Source of the DNA: an uncultured cyanobacterium
GTDB taxonomy: Bacteria > Cyanobacteriota > Cyanobacteriia > Cyanobacteriales > CAWCAG01
Reading direction: 5' to 3'
Assembly (NCBI GenBank): GCA_963803805.1
Contig: CAWDOD010000006.1
Span: 64,001-128,000 of the forward strand
Length of the DNA stretch: 64,000 nt
Shown here one piece after another: positions 20,451 to 30,242 of this stretch. The notes under the pieces were generated by a model that had not been told where the DNA came from, did not search any database, and saw only the letters and a program-made list of their open reading frames with translations. The position numbers were made by a program, and so were the translations under genes. How positions within the stretch are numbered: the first letter of the stretch is position 1; each line of letters begins with the position of its first letter.

Positions 20451-21188
20451 TTACTTCCCCAATTTCCCAACTTCCTCAACAGACAAACTCAAAGCCGCCG
20501 CTACCTGTTCCACACTCAAACCCAACGCTAATAAACGGGGAACAGCTTCCCTTTGTGCCTGTTCAGCTTCTCGCCTAGCTTGTTCAGTTTCTTGATAACT
20601 CAGTAATTTTTCACCTGTTCGAGGGTCATAGAAACGTAATTCTTTCTCAATTAACCTTAAATCTAACCCCAATGTCTCAGAATACATCGACATCACTCCC
20701 CCATTCGCCACACTCCTAGCTATGGGTTGGTAAACCCCCTCTACTAGTCTCACCCCCTTGAGTTGCTGCTTGAGGTAATCTCCTGTGGGGTCATATTGAA
20801 AATACTCTTCTACTCCCAGGTTTTGGTAGGTAATGGGCTTTTGTTCTTCGTCTACTTTTTTGGTTGTGTTTGAAGTGATTTCTAAGACAAAGCTGGGGAC
20901 TTTTCCCCCTTCTTCCCATACTTTGTAGGTTTTACGTTTCTTCTTCTCTACACCGAAGACAACAAAGACATCTGGGGCTACTACTGATTTTGGTACACCT
21001 TTTTGGTAGTAGATAAATAAGTTACCGGAGATATAAACATCTTGCCGGTTTTGAAAGTAGATGCTGAGGGCCTCTACACCATAAACTAAATAATCCCTAG
21101 TAGGATCACTTTCTGCCATTGGTTCGCCGTCACTATAGGGATAGAGGTCATCTTCTGTTTCAATGAGTTGTTCTGATGAAAGAGTCAT
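20451..21188 (-). CDS. Uma2 family PD-(D/E)XK endonuclease-like protein
   Basis: YPYSDGEPMAES, APDVFVVFG, FVLEITS and EYFQYDP motifs. Confidence 0.93.
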   Translation of the reverse strand: MTLSSEQLIETEDDLYPYSDGEPMAESDPTRDYLVYGVEALSIYFQNRQDVYISGNLFIYYQKGVPKSVVAPDVFVVFGVEKKKRKTYKVWEEGGKVPSFVLEITSNTTKKVDEEQKPITYQNLGVEEYFQYDPTGDYLKQQLKGVRLVEGVYQPIARSVANGGVMSMYSETLGLDLRLIEKELRFYDPRTGEKLLSYQETEQARREAEQAQREAVPRLLALGLSVEQVAAALSLSVEEVGKLGK

Positions 21189-21257
21189 GATTTGGTAGAC
21201 CTCTTACTCAATGGCAGTTAATTTTAAGATAACACTGTACTTGTGTCTAGGAGTGAA

Positions 21258-21788
21258 TTAACTTTGCTTGGGGATGACTGTTAATCTCGTGATTTCTGAA
21301 GAATCAAGCTTAAATTCTATTTCCTCAATTGCATAAAAGTCTGCCTCAGTTTTTGAAGGATTGAGAAGTTTTTTCACCGCCTCTCGTTTTAATTCTGCAC
21401 CCTCTCCCGTAGCATTCAGGGGTAACTCCGTAATAGGTTTAACGGACCAAATTTCTTCCCCGTCGCGGATAGTTCCTATCTCACCTTTAGGAATATCTTC
21501 CTCTGTAAAAGTTAACTTCTCAATATCAGCCATTGCCACCACTTCAGAAATACCATTGGACTCTAGGGCGATGTTTTTGTCTCCTTCGTTAATAGCTGCT
21601 AACTGCCCAGCTTTCTTATTACCATCTTTGAGTTCAACTGTAGCAACAGGGGGTAAAGTAATACAGACTATTTCCTCAGTTGCCTGACATTGGGATCGAG
21701 GGTTTTCTTGGGTTTCCCTACTGCAACCGCTTAAGCTAATGAAGGTAAGCAATAAGGTGGCAATCCATCCTGAGTAAATAGTCTTCAT
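21258..21788 (-). CDS. Hypothetical lipoprotein
   Basis: Signal peptide with lipobox LSG-C. Confidence 0.7.
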   Translation of the reverse strand: MKTIYSGWIATLLLTFISLSGCSRETQENPRSQCQATEEIVCITLPPVATVELKDGNKKAGQLAAINEGDKNIALESNGISEVVAMADIEKLTFTEEDIPKGEIGTIRDGEEIWSVKPITELPLNATGEGAELKREAVKKLLNPSKTEADFYAIEEIEFKLDSSEITRLTVIPKQS

Positions 21789-21929
21789 CTTACTTAATCT
21801 CTAAAATTCAAGTATAAATAAAAACTTAATGCAGGCTTAGTAATGGTTTCAGGTTGATTTATGAATATGTTTAGCAATCAATAGTGAATCTTTCTTGTAG
21901 TTAATTTGTTAGGCAGCATTAGTTTTATT

Positions 21930-21990
21930 GGGGGACTAGCCCCCCAAACCCCCCAGCAGGGAAACAAGTGTTTCCCTACAACCCTTCCTA
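21930..21990. repeat. GC-rich double-hairpin element
   Basis: GGGGG-ACTAG-CCCCC then AGGGAAACA-AG-TGTTTCCCT. Confidence 0.5.
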
Positions 21991-22302
21991 ACCGCTTCGC
22001 TCTTTTGTTGGTTATATTTAACTGACTAATTCTGAGTTGGCCTGTCGTCGGAAATAGACCTCGTGGTAGGGCGTATCTATATTTGGGATCGTTGTTTAAG
22101 AAGTTACTTGCCACTGGCACAGAGGAAATACCTTGATTCAATTTATCTGTAACAAACATAATAGTATTTCATATTAGATATCTTTATTGATGAAAACTTA
22201 CCTCCTCTTTATCAAAAACAATTACTACGTTATCAACCTAAACTAATTGCCTTTTGCCTTTTGCCTGCCCTAACAGACAACCTGTGCCACCAAACCTTAT
22301 TT

Positions 22303-23196
22303 ATGTCAAACTCCAACCAAAACACTATCCTGGGTAAATTCGCTAGCGTTGTTGCTCTTTTAGGTAGCGCTCTTTATTTTACAGGCTGGATTTATCGTTG
22401 GTCTTATTTTGGCTTTTTTCAACTGGAAGTTACTACCCTCAATTTTCCCTTTGAGTCGTTTCTCTTTGTTCCTCTCCAGGTGTTTTTAGGTAGCTTTGCA
22501 CTCAATAACCTGGGCAAAGCGATTCTGCAAACTCTCTTTACTATTGCAGTTACTTTAATAATCATTCAAATCACCGTCAGCATTCTGCAACTAATCAGCT
22601 TAACCATTACCGCTACCCTCAACTGGTTAACTCAAAAGTTAAGAAAAAGGCTGCAAACTTGGCGCAATAAAAAACCCTTTACCCACAAAACTCGTTCCTT
22701 AATCAACTCAGTTTTAATCAGACTAAATCGCCACCGCTTCACTCCCCTAAAAATTCGCCACACTCTCCTTTATGAACTAATCATTGTCCTCCACATCATC
22801 ATCGCCCTCTTTTTCCTCGCCAGATACCAAGGCATAGTCGATGCCAGACAAGACGCAGGTATAAACTCTAGCCTTTCTGTTGTCACCTTAGTTATTCCAG
22901 AAAATAAACTAGGTTTTGGACAAAAACAAAACAGTTTGGATCAACCTACGGGGTTGCAAATAATTGGCGATCGCCGACGTTACGAAGATATCATTAAAAG
23001 CCCCACCAATGATCCCAATAATCAAAGGGTGTGGCGCATTGTCATTGATCAAGGAGGTTACTTTTACATTTTCAGAAGCCTACCACCTAATTCTCCTCCC
23101 GAAGCACGTCCGGTAATTTTAGCAGTACAAGGCAGTCTCACTGGCGATCAATTATGGATTTTCAGCCCTGAAGCAATTCCTAGTCAGGGCAGTTAG
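22303..23196 (+). CDS. Hypothetical membrane protein
   Basis: ORF with 3-4 hydrophobic helices and soluble C-terminus. Confidence 0.7.
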   Translation: MSNSNQNTILGKFASVVALLGSALYFTGWIYRWSYFGFFQLEVTTLNFPFESFLFVPLQVFLGSFALNNLGKAILQTLFTIAVTLIIIQITVSILQLISLTITATLNWLTQKLRKRLQTWRNKKPFTHKTRSLINSVLIRLNRHRFTPLKIRHTLLYELIIVLHIIIALFFLARYQGIVDARQDAGINSSLSVVTLVIPENKLGFGQKQNSLDQPTGLQIIGDRRRYEDIIKSPTNDPNNQRVWRIVIDQGGYFYIFRSLPPNSPPEARPVILAVQGSLTGDQLWIFSPEAIPSQGS

Positions 23197-23987
23197 GGGG
23201 ATAATATCAATTCTCCTCGCAAAACTGTCACGGCTTGCCCACTTAAAAAGACGCGATCGCCCCCGTCGTAATTTACTTTAACTGTGCCACCTCGTTGAGA
23301 TGCTTGATAAGCTAAAAATTCGTCTTTTAAAAGGCGATCGCGCCAAAAAGGAGCTAAGCAACAATGGGCGGCTCCCGTCACCGGATCTTCGTTAATGCCT
23401 AATCCTGGGGCAAAGAAGCGGGAAACAAAGTCATATTCTGAACCGGCGCTGGTAACAATGATTTGCCCGAAAGAAAGCTTCTTTAATAGGGAAAAATCCG
23501 GTTGCATTTGCTTTACTAATTCTGCTGATTCTACTTCCACTAAATAACCCAAAGAATTTTGCCAAACTGATTTGCAAGGTACTCCTAAAGCTTGAGATAA
23601 TTCGGGAGGTGTAGGAATACTTTGAGAAGGATTTGCAGGAAAGTTTAATTCAAGCCAATCACCCTGCCGACGCGCAGTTAAGTCCCCACTTTTAGTATAA
23701 AAATAAGCTACTTCTTCTAGGGGTAAATGTCCTTCTGTCCAGAGGACATGGGCGCTAGCCAAAGTAGCATGACCACACAAAGGAACTTCCACCGTTGGGG
23801 TAAACCAACGCAGATTATAACCTTTATTTTGGGGTAGTAAAAATGCGGTTTCCGACAGGTTCATTTCCTGGGCCACTTGTTGCATCCACCCTTGCTCTTT
23901 GGCACTAGCTAAAACACACACAGCCGCAGGATTGCCAGCAAAAGGCTGATTGGTAAAAGCATCCACTTGAATAATAGTTTGTTTCAA
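23193..23987 (-). CDS. PhzF family isomerase
   Basis: VDAF...GNPAAV, EMNLSETAF, LCGHATLA, EDPVTG. Confidence 0.93.
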   Translation of the reverse strand: MKQTIIQVDAFTNQPFAGNPAAVCVLASAKEQGWMQQVAQEMNLSETAFLLPQNKGYNLRWFTPTVEVPLCGHATLASAHVLWTEGHLPLEEVAYFYTKSGDLTARRQGDWLELNFPANPSQSIPTPPELSQALGVPCKSVWQNSLGYLVEVESAELVKQMQPDFSLLKKLSFGQIIVTSAGSEYDFVSRFFAPGLGINEDPVTGAAHCCLAPFWRDRLLKDEFLAYQASQRGGTVKVNYDGGDRVFLSGQAVTVLRGELILSP

Positions 23988-24020
23988 AATATTTCCCTAA
24001 TTTAAGCAAATTGCAGGAGA

Positions 24021-24755
24021 TCAGTATCTGCGAGATAGTAATGTAGATAAACGATAAATATGAGGTCTAATAGGACGAGAAACAAAAGCAGGTAATTGCC
24101 CCCAAGGAGCATCTGAATTCCATTTTAAGTAAGCATAATTAACCCATTTACCTTGTACTCTCCAACCGACGTGATCGCTAAATTTTTCGTAATCTTCTCC
24201 TACCTGTTCATAAATTTGCTTTTGCACCCCAAAGCCAAAGCGCCCTTGACTATATTTACTCCAAAGTTGGTTGATATTAAGCAAGTCACGCCAAGGTATA
24301 TTGTTGATATCTTCATCATTAAGCCAGGCTTTTTCTGCTTGTCCCGCAGCTTGAATCATAATTTTACTTGTTTCTTTGTCTGCTTCTTGCCACCTTTCTT
24401 GAGAGAGAAAATCAGACAAATTTCTATAATTTGCCCCTGTTTGGGAATGTAGAAATATTAAATGTTTTTGTAATTGTTGCTTTTCTTCTTCCTTAACTCT
24501 AGAAGCTAGCAATTCATAGGCCCTCCATTGTACTAGTCCAATTTCCATCTTCAGTACATATAGAAGCAGTTCCAAACCCTCCTGTCCATATTCGAGAGCC
24601 TCATTCAGGGCGATTATCCTCTTCTGTTCAGAATTGCTAGCTAATTTTTGTTTAACCCCTTCTAAGCCCCCTAAAATTGCATCATTCATTCCTGATAAAT
24701 GTTTTCCTCCCAAAACTGCGTCATCGGCTTGAGGATATTTAGGGTTGTGGTTCAT
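24021..24755 (-). CDS. GUN4-domain protein with N-terminal HEAT-like module
   Basis: WQEADKET and LWSKYSQGRFGFGVQ GUN4 motifs. Confidence 0.88.
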   Translation of the reverse strand: MNHNPKYPQADDAVLGGKHLSGMNDAILGGLEGVKQKLASNSEQKRIIALNEALEYGQEGLELLLYVLKMEIGLVQWRAYELLASRVKEEEKQQLQKHLIFLHSQTGANYRNLSDFLSQERWQEADKETSKIMIQAAGQAEKAWLNDEDINNIPWRDLLNINQLWSKYSQGRFGFGVQKQIYEQVGEDYEKFSDHVGWRVQGKWVNYAYLKWNSDAPWGQLPAFVSRPIRPHIYRLSTLLSRRY

Positions 24756-24980
24756 CGTAGGAAAAATGGTAATGAGCTAGTACTCTGTCAATTAAAAATT
24801 GACAGGTAAGGGGGAAAGGACAATCTTTAACGGTAAAAACCATTCCTCAATATAAACTGGACGTAGCACTAGGAACAGAGTTAATAAATCCTGGAGCTTA
24901 TAATTATCGTTAAATCGTCCAAGAACAACCATCTGCCTAATTGTATAAAGAAATAGACTTGACGAATTTGCAGTAATAGG

Positions 24981-26612
24981 TTGAAAAAGATTTTTGCTTT
25001 TACTGTTCAAAGTTCCCTAACTTGCCAAAAAATAGAAAAACTCACCTTTAATATCAGAACTCAACCTCCATCTTTAGGTATAGTAGATGGCAAGTCTATA
25101 TACGACCCTAACTCCATTAATTATGCGCGTACTCGCGTTTATGGATTTTCTCAAGCATTCCGCTACGCTATATACAAAATGAGTAAGTTCAAAAATCCCA
25201 AAGAAGAGTTTGTTTATCATGGGCAACCGGGTAAAGATTTACCCCGTTTTGACTTTAATAAGAAGTTGCCTAAACGGGTAGATGTAACCGAAAAATATAA
25301 AGCCCAGGTAGGTTTAAATCTTCTCCCTGCTATGACACTTTTCGATGTAAGTGAAAAATATAAGGCAGAGGTGGGTTTAAACTTTCTCCCTGCTCTGAAA
25401 TTTCTCAAATTTATTCCCCTGTTAGGAATTGTGGGTAGCGAGAAAATGATGGGGGCAAAAGCACCCCAATGGATGCCTACAAATTTAACTCGCTGTCGTT
25501 TAGATCGAGATAGTGATGAATTTTTTGTTGAACGCCGCCTTAATGGTTTTAACCCCGGCAAAATTAATGTGGAGAAGGATGTCAGCAAAGAGTGGCAATA
25601 TTACGTTAGGTACGACTGTAGCAAGTATGAAGTTGAAGAGGCGGGAGTTTTACCCCAGGTAACAGAAGCCCGCTTTCGGTTAATAGATGAAGAGTTAAAA
25701 GTTCACTCCATTGAATACACTTTGCGAAAGGAAACGAAGACAGTTTTCCCCGGAGAAAAAGATTGGAGTTTTGTCAAACGCCTTTTCCGTAGTGCAGAGT
25801 TTGTTTTTCAAGAAATTCAATCCCATTTAGGGCGTACCCATATGAATATGGATCAGTACGCTATGGCTTTTTATCGCAACATTATTAATAATCCGATCAA
25901 GTCCCTTTTAGAGCCTCATTTTGAAGGTTTAATTGACATTGATAAAAATGGTGCAACTTCAATTCTTGGTTATGAAGGGTTTATTCCGCAAGTTTCTGTT
26001 CTTACTAGTGATGATGTGGATCGTCTCTTAATTGAAGAGGTGAGTCAGCTACATTATAAATGGACACCGGAAGTTATTGAACTTCCAGATTACATCAAGA
26101 ACAACTATTTCGATCCTGCTGCTAAGGCGATGTGGAGCATTATTGAAGAGTATGTAGGAGAGTTTTTCGGTCAAAATGAACAGGCCATTAACCATTATTG
26201 GTCAGAAATTGTAGGAATGTCTGATGACTTAGTTAAGCATTCTATCCTCAAATCCACCTTAGAAACCTTGGCAGTGGAAAATATAGCTGAACTTAAGCAA
26301 TTATGTGTTTACGTCATTTACCACAATACCTTTGTCCATTCCTGGGTTAACAACAAACAATACGATGATGGCGGAGATGTAGAGTATACACCTTTCGGTT
26401 TGTGGGATGAAAGTCATCCTAGCTATGATGTCAAAACTGAAGCAAAAAGACAGGCAAAACAAACTATCTTGATGTGGACTCTTTCTAATGTCCGTTACAA
26501 CCCGATAATGGATGTGGGACCAGGAAATTTAAAAGAATTACTTTGGCAACACCGTCAAGAAATTGAACCAGGTATTGCCCTTGCTGATTTGATGATGAGT
26601 ATTCATATTTAG
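24981..26612 (+). CDS. Cyanobacterial mini-lipoxygenase with N-terminal remnant of a catalase-related domain; start uncertain (TTG 24981 or ATG 25179)
   Basis: ERRLNGFNPG, iron ligands in HLGRTH and HSWVN, C-terminal MSIHI. Confidence 0.88.
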   Translation: MKKIFAFTVQSSLTCQKIEKLTFNIRTQPPSLGIVDGKSIYDPNSINYARTRVYGFSQAFRYAIYKMSKFKNPKEEFVYHGQPGKDLPRFDFNKKLPKRVDVTEKYKAQVGLNLLPAMTLFDVSEKYKAEVGLNFLPALKFLKFIPLLGIVGSEKMMGAKAPQWMPTNLTRCRLDRDSDEFFVERRLNGFNPGKINVEKDVSKEWQYYVRYDCSKYEVEEAGVLPQVTEARFRLIDEELKVHSIEYTLRKETKTVFPGEKDWSFVKRLFRSAEFVFQEIQSHLGRTHMNMDQYAMAFYRNIINNPIKSLLEPHFEGLIDIDKNGATSILGYEGFIPQVSVLTSDDVDRLLIEEVSQLHYKWTPEVIELPDYIKNNYFDPAAKAMWSIIEEYVGEFFGQNEQAINHYWSEIVGMSDDLVKHSILKSTLETLAVENIAELKQLCVYVIYHNTFVHSWVNNKQYDDGGDVEYTPFGLWDESHPSYDVKTEAKRQAKQTILMWTLSNVRYNPIMDVGPGNLKELLWQHRQEIEPGIALADLMMSIHI

Positions 26613-26670
26613 TAATGGTTTCAAGTTAATCTACTCACTGGTTGACAAATAGACCAACTAGCTACCTAGC

Positions 26671-27621
26671 TTAAATAATTTTAAAAGTTGTACCAATAAA
26701 CCAAGCATAAATAATTAAAAATAACCATCCTTCCCAAATAGTTAACTGCTTGTCTTGAGTAGCAAAAAATATTAATAAAGTACCGGCTAATAAAGCAGGA
26801 ATGCCTCCTGTTAAAACTGTTGTAGGAATTTCTAAATCTCCGACTAACCTAGGTATGCCCATAACCATAAAAGCATTGAAGATATTAGAGCCTAAAACGT
26901 TTCCTACAGCTACTTCTTCTTGGCCTTTTTTAGCAGCATTAATTGTCACAACCAACTCAGGCAAAGATGTACCTAAAGCAACAGCACTTACAGCAATAAT
27001 TTCTTTACCAATACCGATGATTTCAGAAATTTTGACTAAAGAATCAATGGTGTATTTAGCTCCCAAATAAATAAATATTACGCTTAAAGTAATGATTAAA
27101 AGTTGCCTTAATACATAACTAGAGCTTTCCCTAGGTGTTACCGATTCTTCTTGTTCAGTTTCTTCACTATCTCTTACGGTATAAAATAAATACATAATAT
27201 AAGCGATAATAAAAATTATTGCTTCTCCTGAAGAGAATTTTTGATCCCAAACCGCTAGAACCAAGAGAAATGCAGAGCCAACAAATAAAGGTAAATCTAC
27301 ACTAACTAAATCATAGGTAATACTAAGACCTTTACTGCCGACAATACAAGCTACACCAATAATCAAAAAGATATTAGCAATATTAGAGCCAACAACATTC
27401 GCTACGACTATTTCTGAAGAGCCTTCTGTGACTGCAATAATAGAAGAGATTAGTTCCGGTAAAGATGTACCAATAGAAACGATTGTCACCCCAATAATAA
27501 AAGGTGGCAAACCAATATATAGACCAACTTTTTCTGCGGAATCAGTGAAAAAGTCAGAAGCTTTAACTAAAACCAATAAGCTAGCAACAAAAATCAAAGA
27601 AGAAATGAACAATTCCGACAT
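26671..27621 (-). CDS. Calcium/sodium antiporter (YrbG-like, CaCA family)
   Basis: Two GTSLPE...GSNI alpha-repeats. Confidence 0.92.
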   Translation of the reverse strand: MSELFISSLIFVASLLVLVKASDFFTDSAEKVGLYIGLPPFIIGVTIVSIGTSLPELISSIIAVTEGSSEIVVANVVGSNIANIFLIIGVACIVGSKGLSITYDLVSVDLPLFVGSAFLLVLAVWDQKFSSGEAIIFIIAYIMYLFYTVRDSEETEQEESVTPRESSSYVLRQLLIITLSVIFIYLGAKYTIDSLVKISEIIGIGKEIIAVSAVALGTSLPELVVTINAAKKGQEEVAVGNVLGSNIFNAFMVMGIPRLVGDLEIPTTVLTGGIPALLAGTLLIFFATQDKQLTIWEGWLFLIIYAWFIGTTFKII

Positions 27622-27704
27622 CTGTTATAAAACACCATAATCAATTATTAAATAATATATTTAAAGTTAAAGGTTATTCAAGATATTAATTTTTACCTCT
27701 TATC

Positions 27705-28781
27705 TTAAATATGCTTAGGCAATCTTGGCCAAGCAGAATTAATGGGATCGAGAATACTATTGAGGGTTCTTAGTTGTTCAGCAGTTCCCAGACAAATGAG
27801 TAAATCTCCTGACAGTAAATAAGTATCTCCTGTAGGACCAACAATTAAAATTCCATCAGTTCGCCGAATTGCTAATATTAAAGCACCGGACTTTTTTCTT
27901 AATTTGGCTTGACTTAAAGTTTGATCTATATAAGGACAAGTCTCTGAATCTAGACGCAATTCTTCCATATAAAAAGACTTATCAGAACCAGCTAAAATAC
28001 CATCAACAAAGTCCATCACTTGGGGACGTAAAGCGGCTGCGGCTAAACGTCTTCCTCCGGTAATATGGGGAGAAACAACTCCATCTGCCCCCGCCCTTTG
28101 CAACTTTTGTTCCGCTTCTTCAGTGCTAGCACGGGCGATCGCCCGAATATCAGGATTAAAAGTTTTGGCAGAAAGTACTGTGTAGAGATTTTCTGCATCG
28201 GAAGGAAGTACTGTGACAAGACAAAGGGCTTTGTCGATATTAGCTTTCTGTAATGATTCATCTAGGGTTGCATCACCATGAACAGCTATGCAACCCAATT
28301 GTTGAGCTTGTTCTATTTTATCAAGACGAGAATCAATAACAATAAAAGGTATACCTTCAGCTTGAAATTCTAAAGCAACCTGTTTTCCTGTCCTACCAAA
28401 ACCGCAGACTATATAATGCTTTTTTAAAGAGTCTATCAAGAGCTTTTGCTGTCTCATTTTGATTCCTTCTTGAAAGTAGCCTTGAATAAGTGCTTCTGTA
28501 AATCGATTAGCAATGTAGCCGAAGCTAAATAAACCCATGAAAATCAAGCAAATAGTAAAAATGCGAGTTCTATTTTCTAAAGGATGTACTTCTGCAAAGC
28601 CTACAGTAGAAAGAGTAATTGCTGTCATGTAAACAGCTTCAATAAATTCCCACCCTTCAACTAACCAATACCAGAGAGTGCCAACTAAGAAAACACCCGT
28701 TAGGGCAGCGATACCGAAAATCATCTCCTGTTGTAGGCGTTTATATTTTTGTCTGAAGGAAAATACAGGAGGTTGGTTCAT
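27705..28781 (-). CDS. Potassium channel with TrkA-N/TrkA-C (RCK) domains
   Basis: TLSTVGF pore motif, GFGRTG, GDAT. Confidence 0.9.
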   Translation of the reverse strand: MNQPPVFSFRQKYKRLQQEMIFGIAALTGVFLVGTLWYWLVEGWEFIEAVYMTAITLSTVGFAEVHPLENRTRIFTICLIFMGLFSFGYIANRFTEALIQGYFQEGIKMRQQKLLIDSLKKHYIVCGFGRTGKQVALEFQAEGIPFIVIDSRLDKIEQAQQLGCIAVHGDATLDESLQKANIDKALCLVTVLPSDAENLYTVLSAKTFNPDIRAIARASTEEAEQKLQRAGADGVVSPHITGGRRLAAAALRPQVMDFVDGILAGSDKSFYMEELRLDSETCPYIDQTLSQAKLRKKSGALILAIRRTDGILIVGPTGDTYLLSGDLLICLGTAEQLRTLNSILDPINSAWPRLPKHI

Positions 28782-28850
28782 TGAGAGAATTACAGATGGT
28801 TTTTGCTCAATATAGCTTGGGCAGAGAAAAATTTGCTGCACAATTATACT

Positions 28851-28887
28851 TTTTAGCTACCTGAACTAAATGTTCAGGTAGCTAAAA
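28851..28887. terminator. Perfect hairpin downstream of gap
   Basis: TTTTAGCTACCTGAAC-TAAAT-GTTCAGGTAGCTAAAA. Confidence 0.7.
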
Positions 28888-28993
28888 TTTCGCCCAAGAT
28901 TAATTGCAAAAACAATTAATACATTTAGATTTAAGTGAGGGATAATTCCTCGCCTTTATCCCCTTCACCCGTCAACTTTTAATTGACAAAACA

Positions 28994-30043
<1,050 letters not shown>

Positions 30044-30212
30044 TCATTTCTTCCAATTAGATTAGAGGCATCTAAGGGAATGCCCCCCTATCTCTAGAGT
30101 TTCTTTAACTTCTTCATGTTAAATGCGTAGCAACTTTATTCCCTAGAAAAATAAATAAGCGATCGCCTTTTTCAAGCTGGTTGGTAAAATATCCTCACAA
30201 AGTATAAGATTT

Positions 30213-30240
30213 TAGCAACTAGCAACTAGCAACTAGCAAA
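30213..30240. repeat. Heptamer tandem repeat (TAGCAAC), 3 perfect plus 1 imperfect copy
   Basis: Read directly; reverse complement of the repeat at 47839. Confidence 0.85.
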
Positions 30241-30242
30241 AC

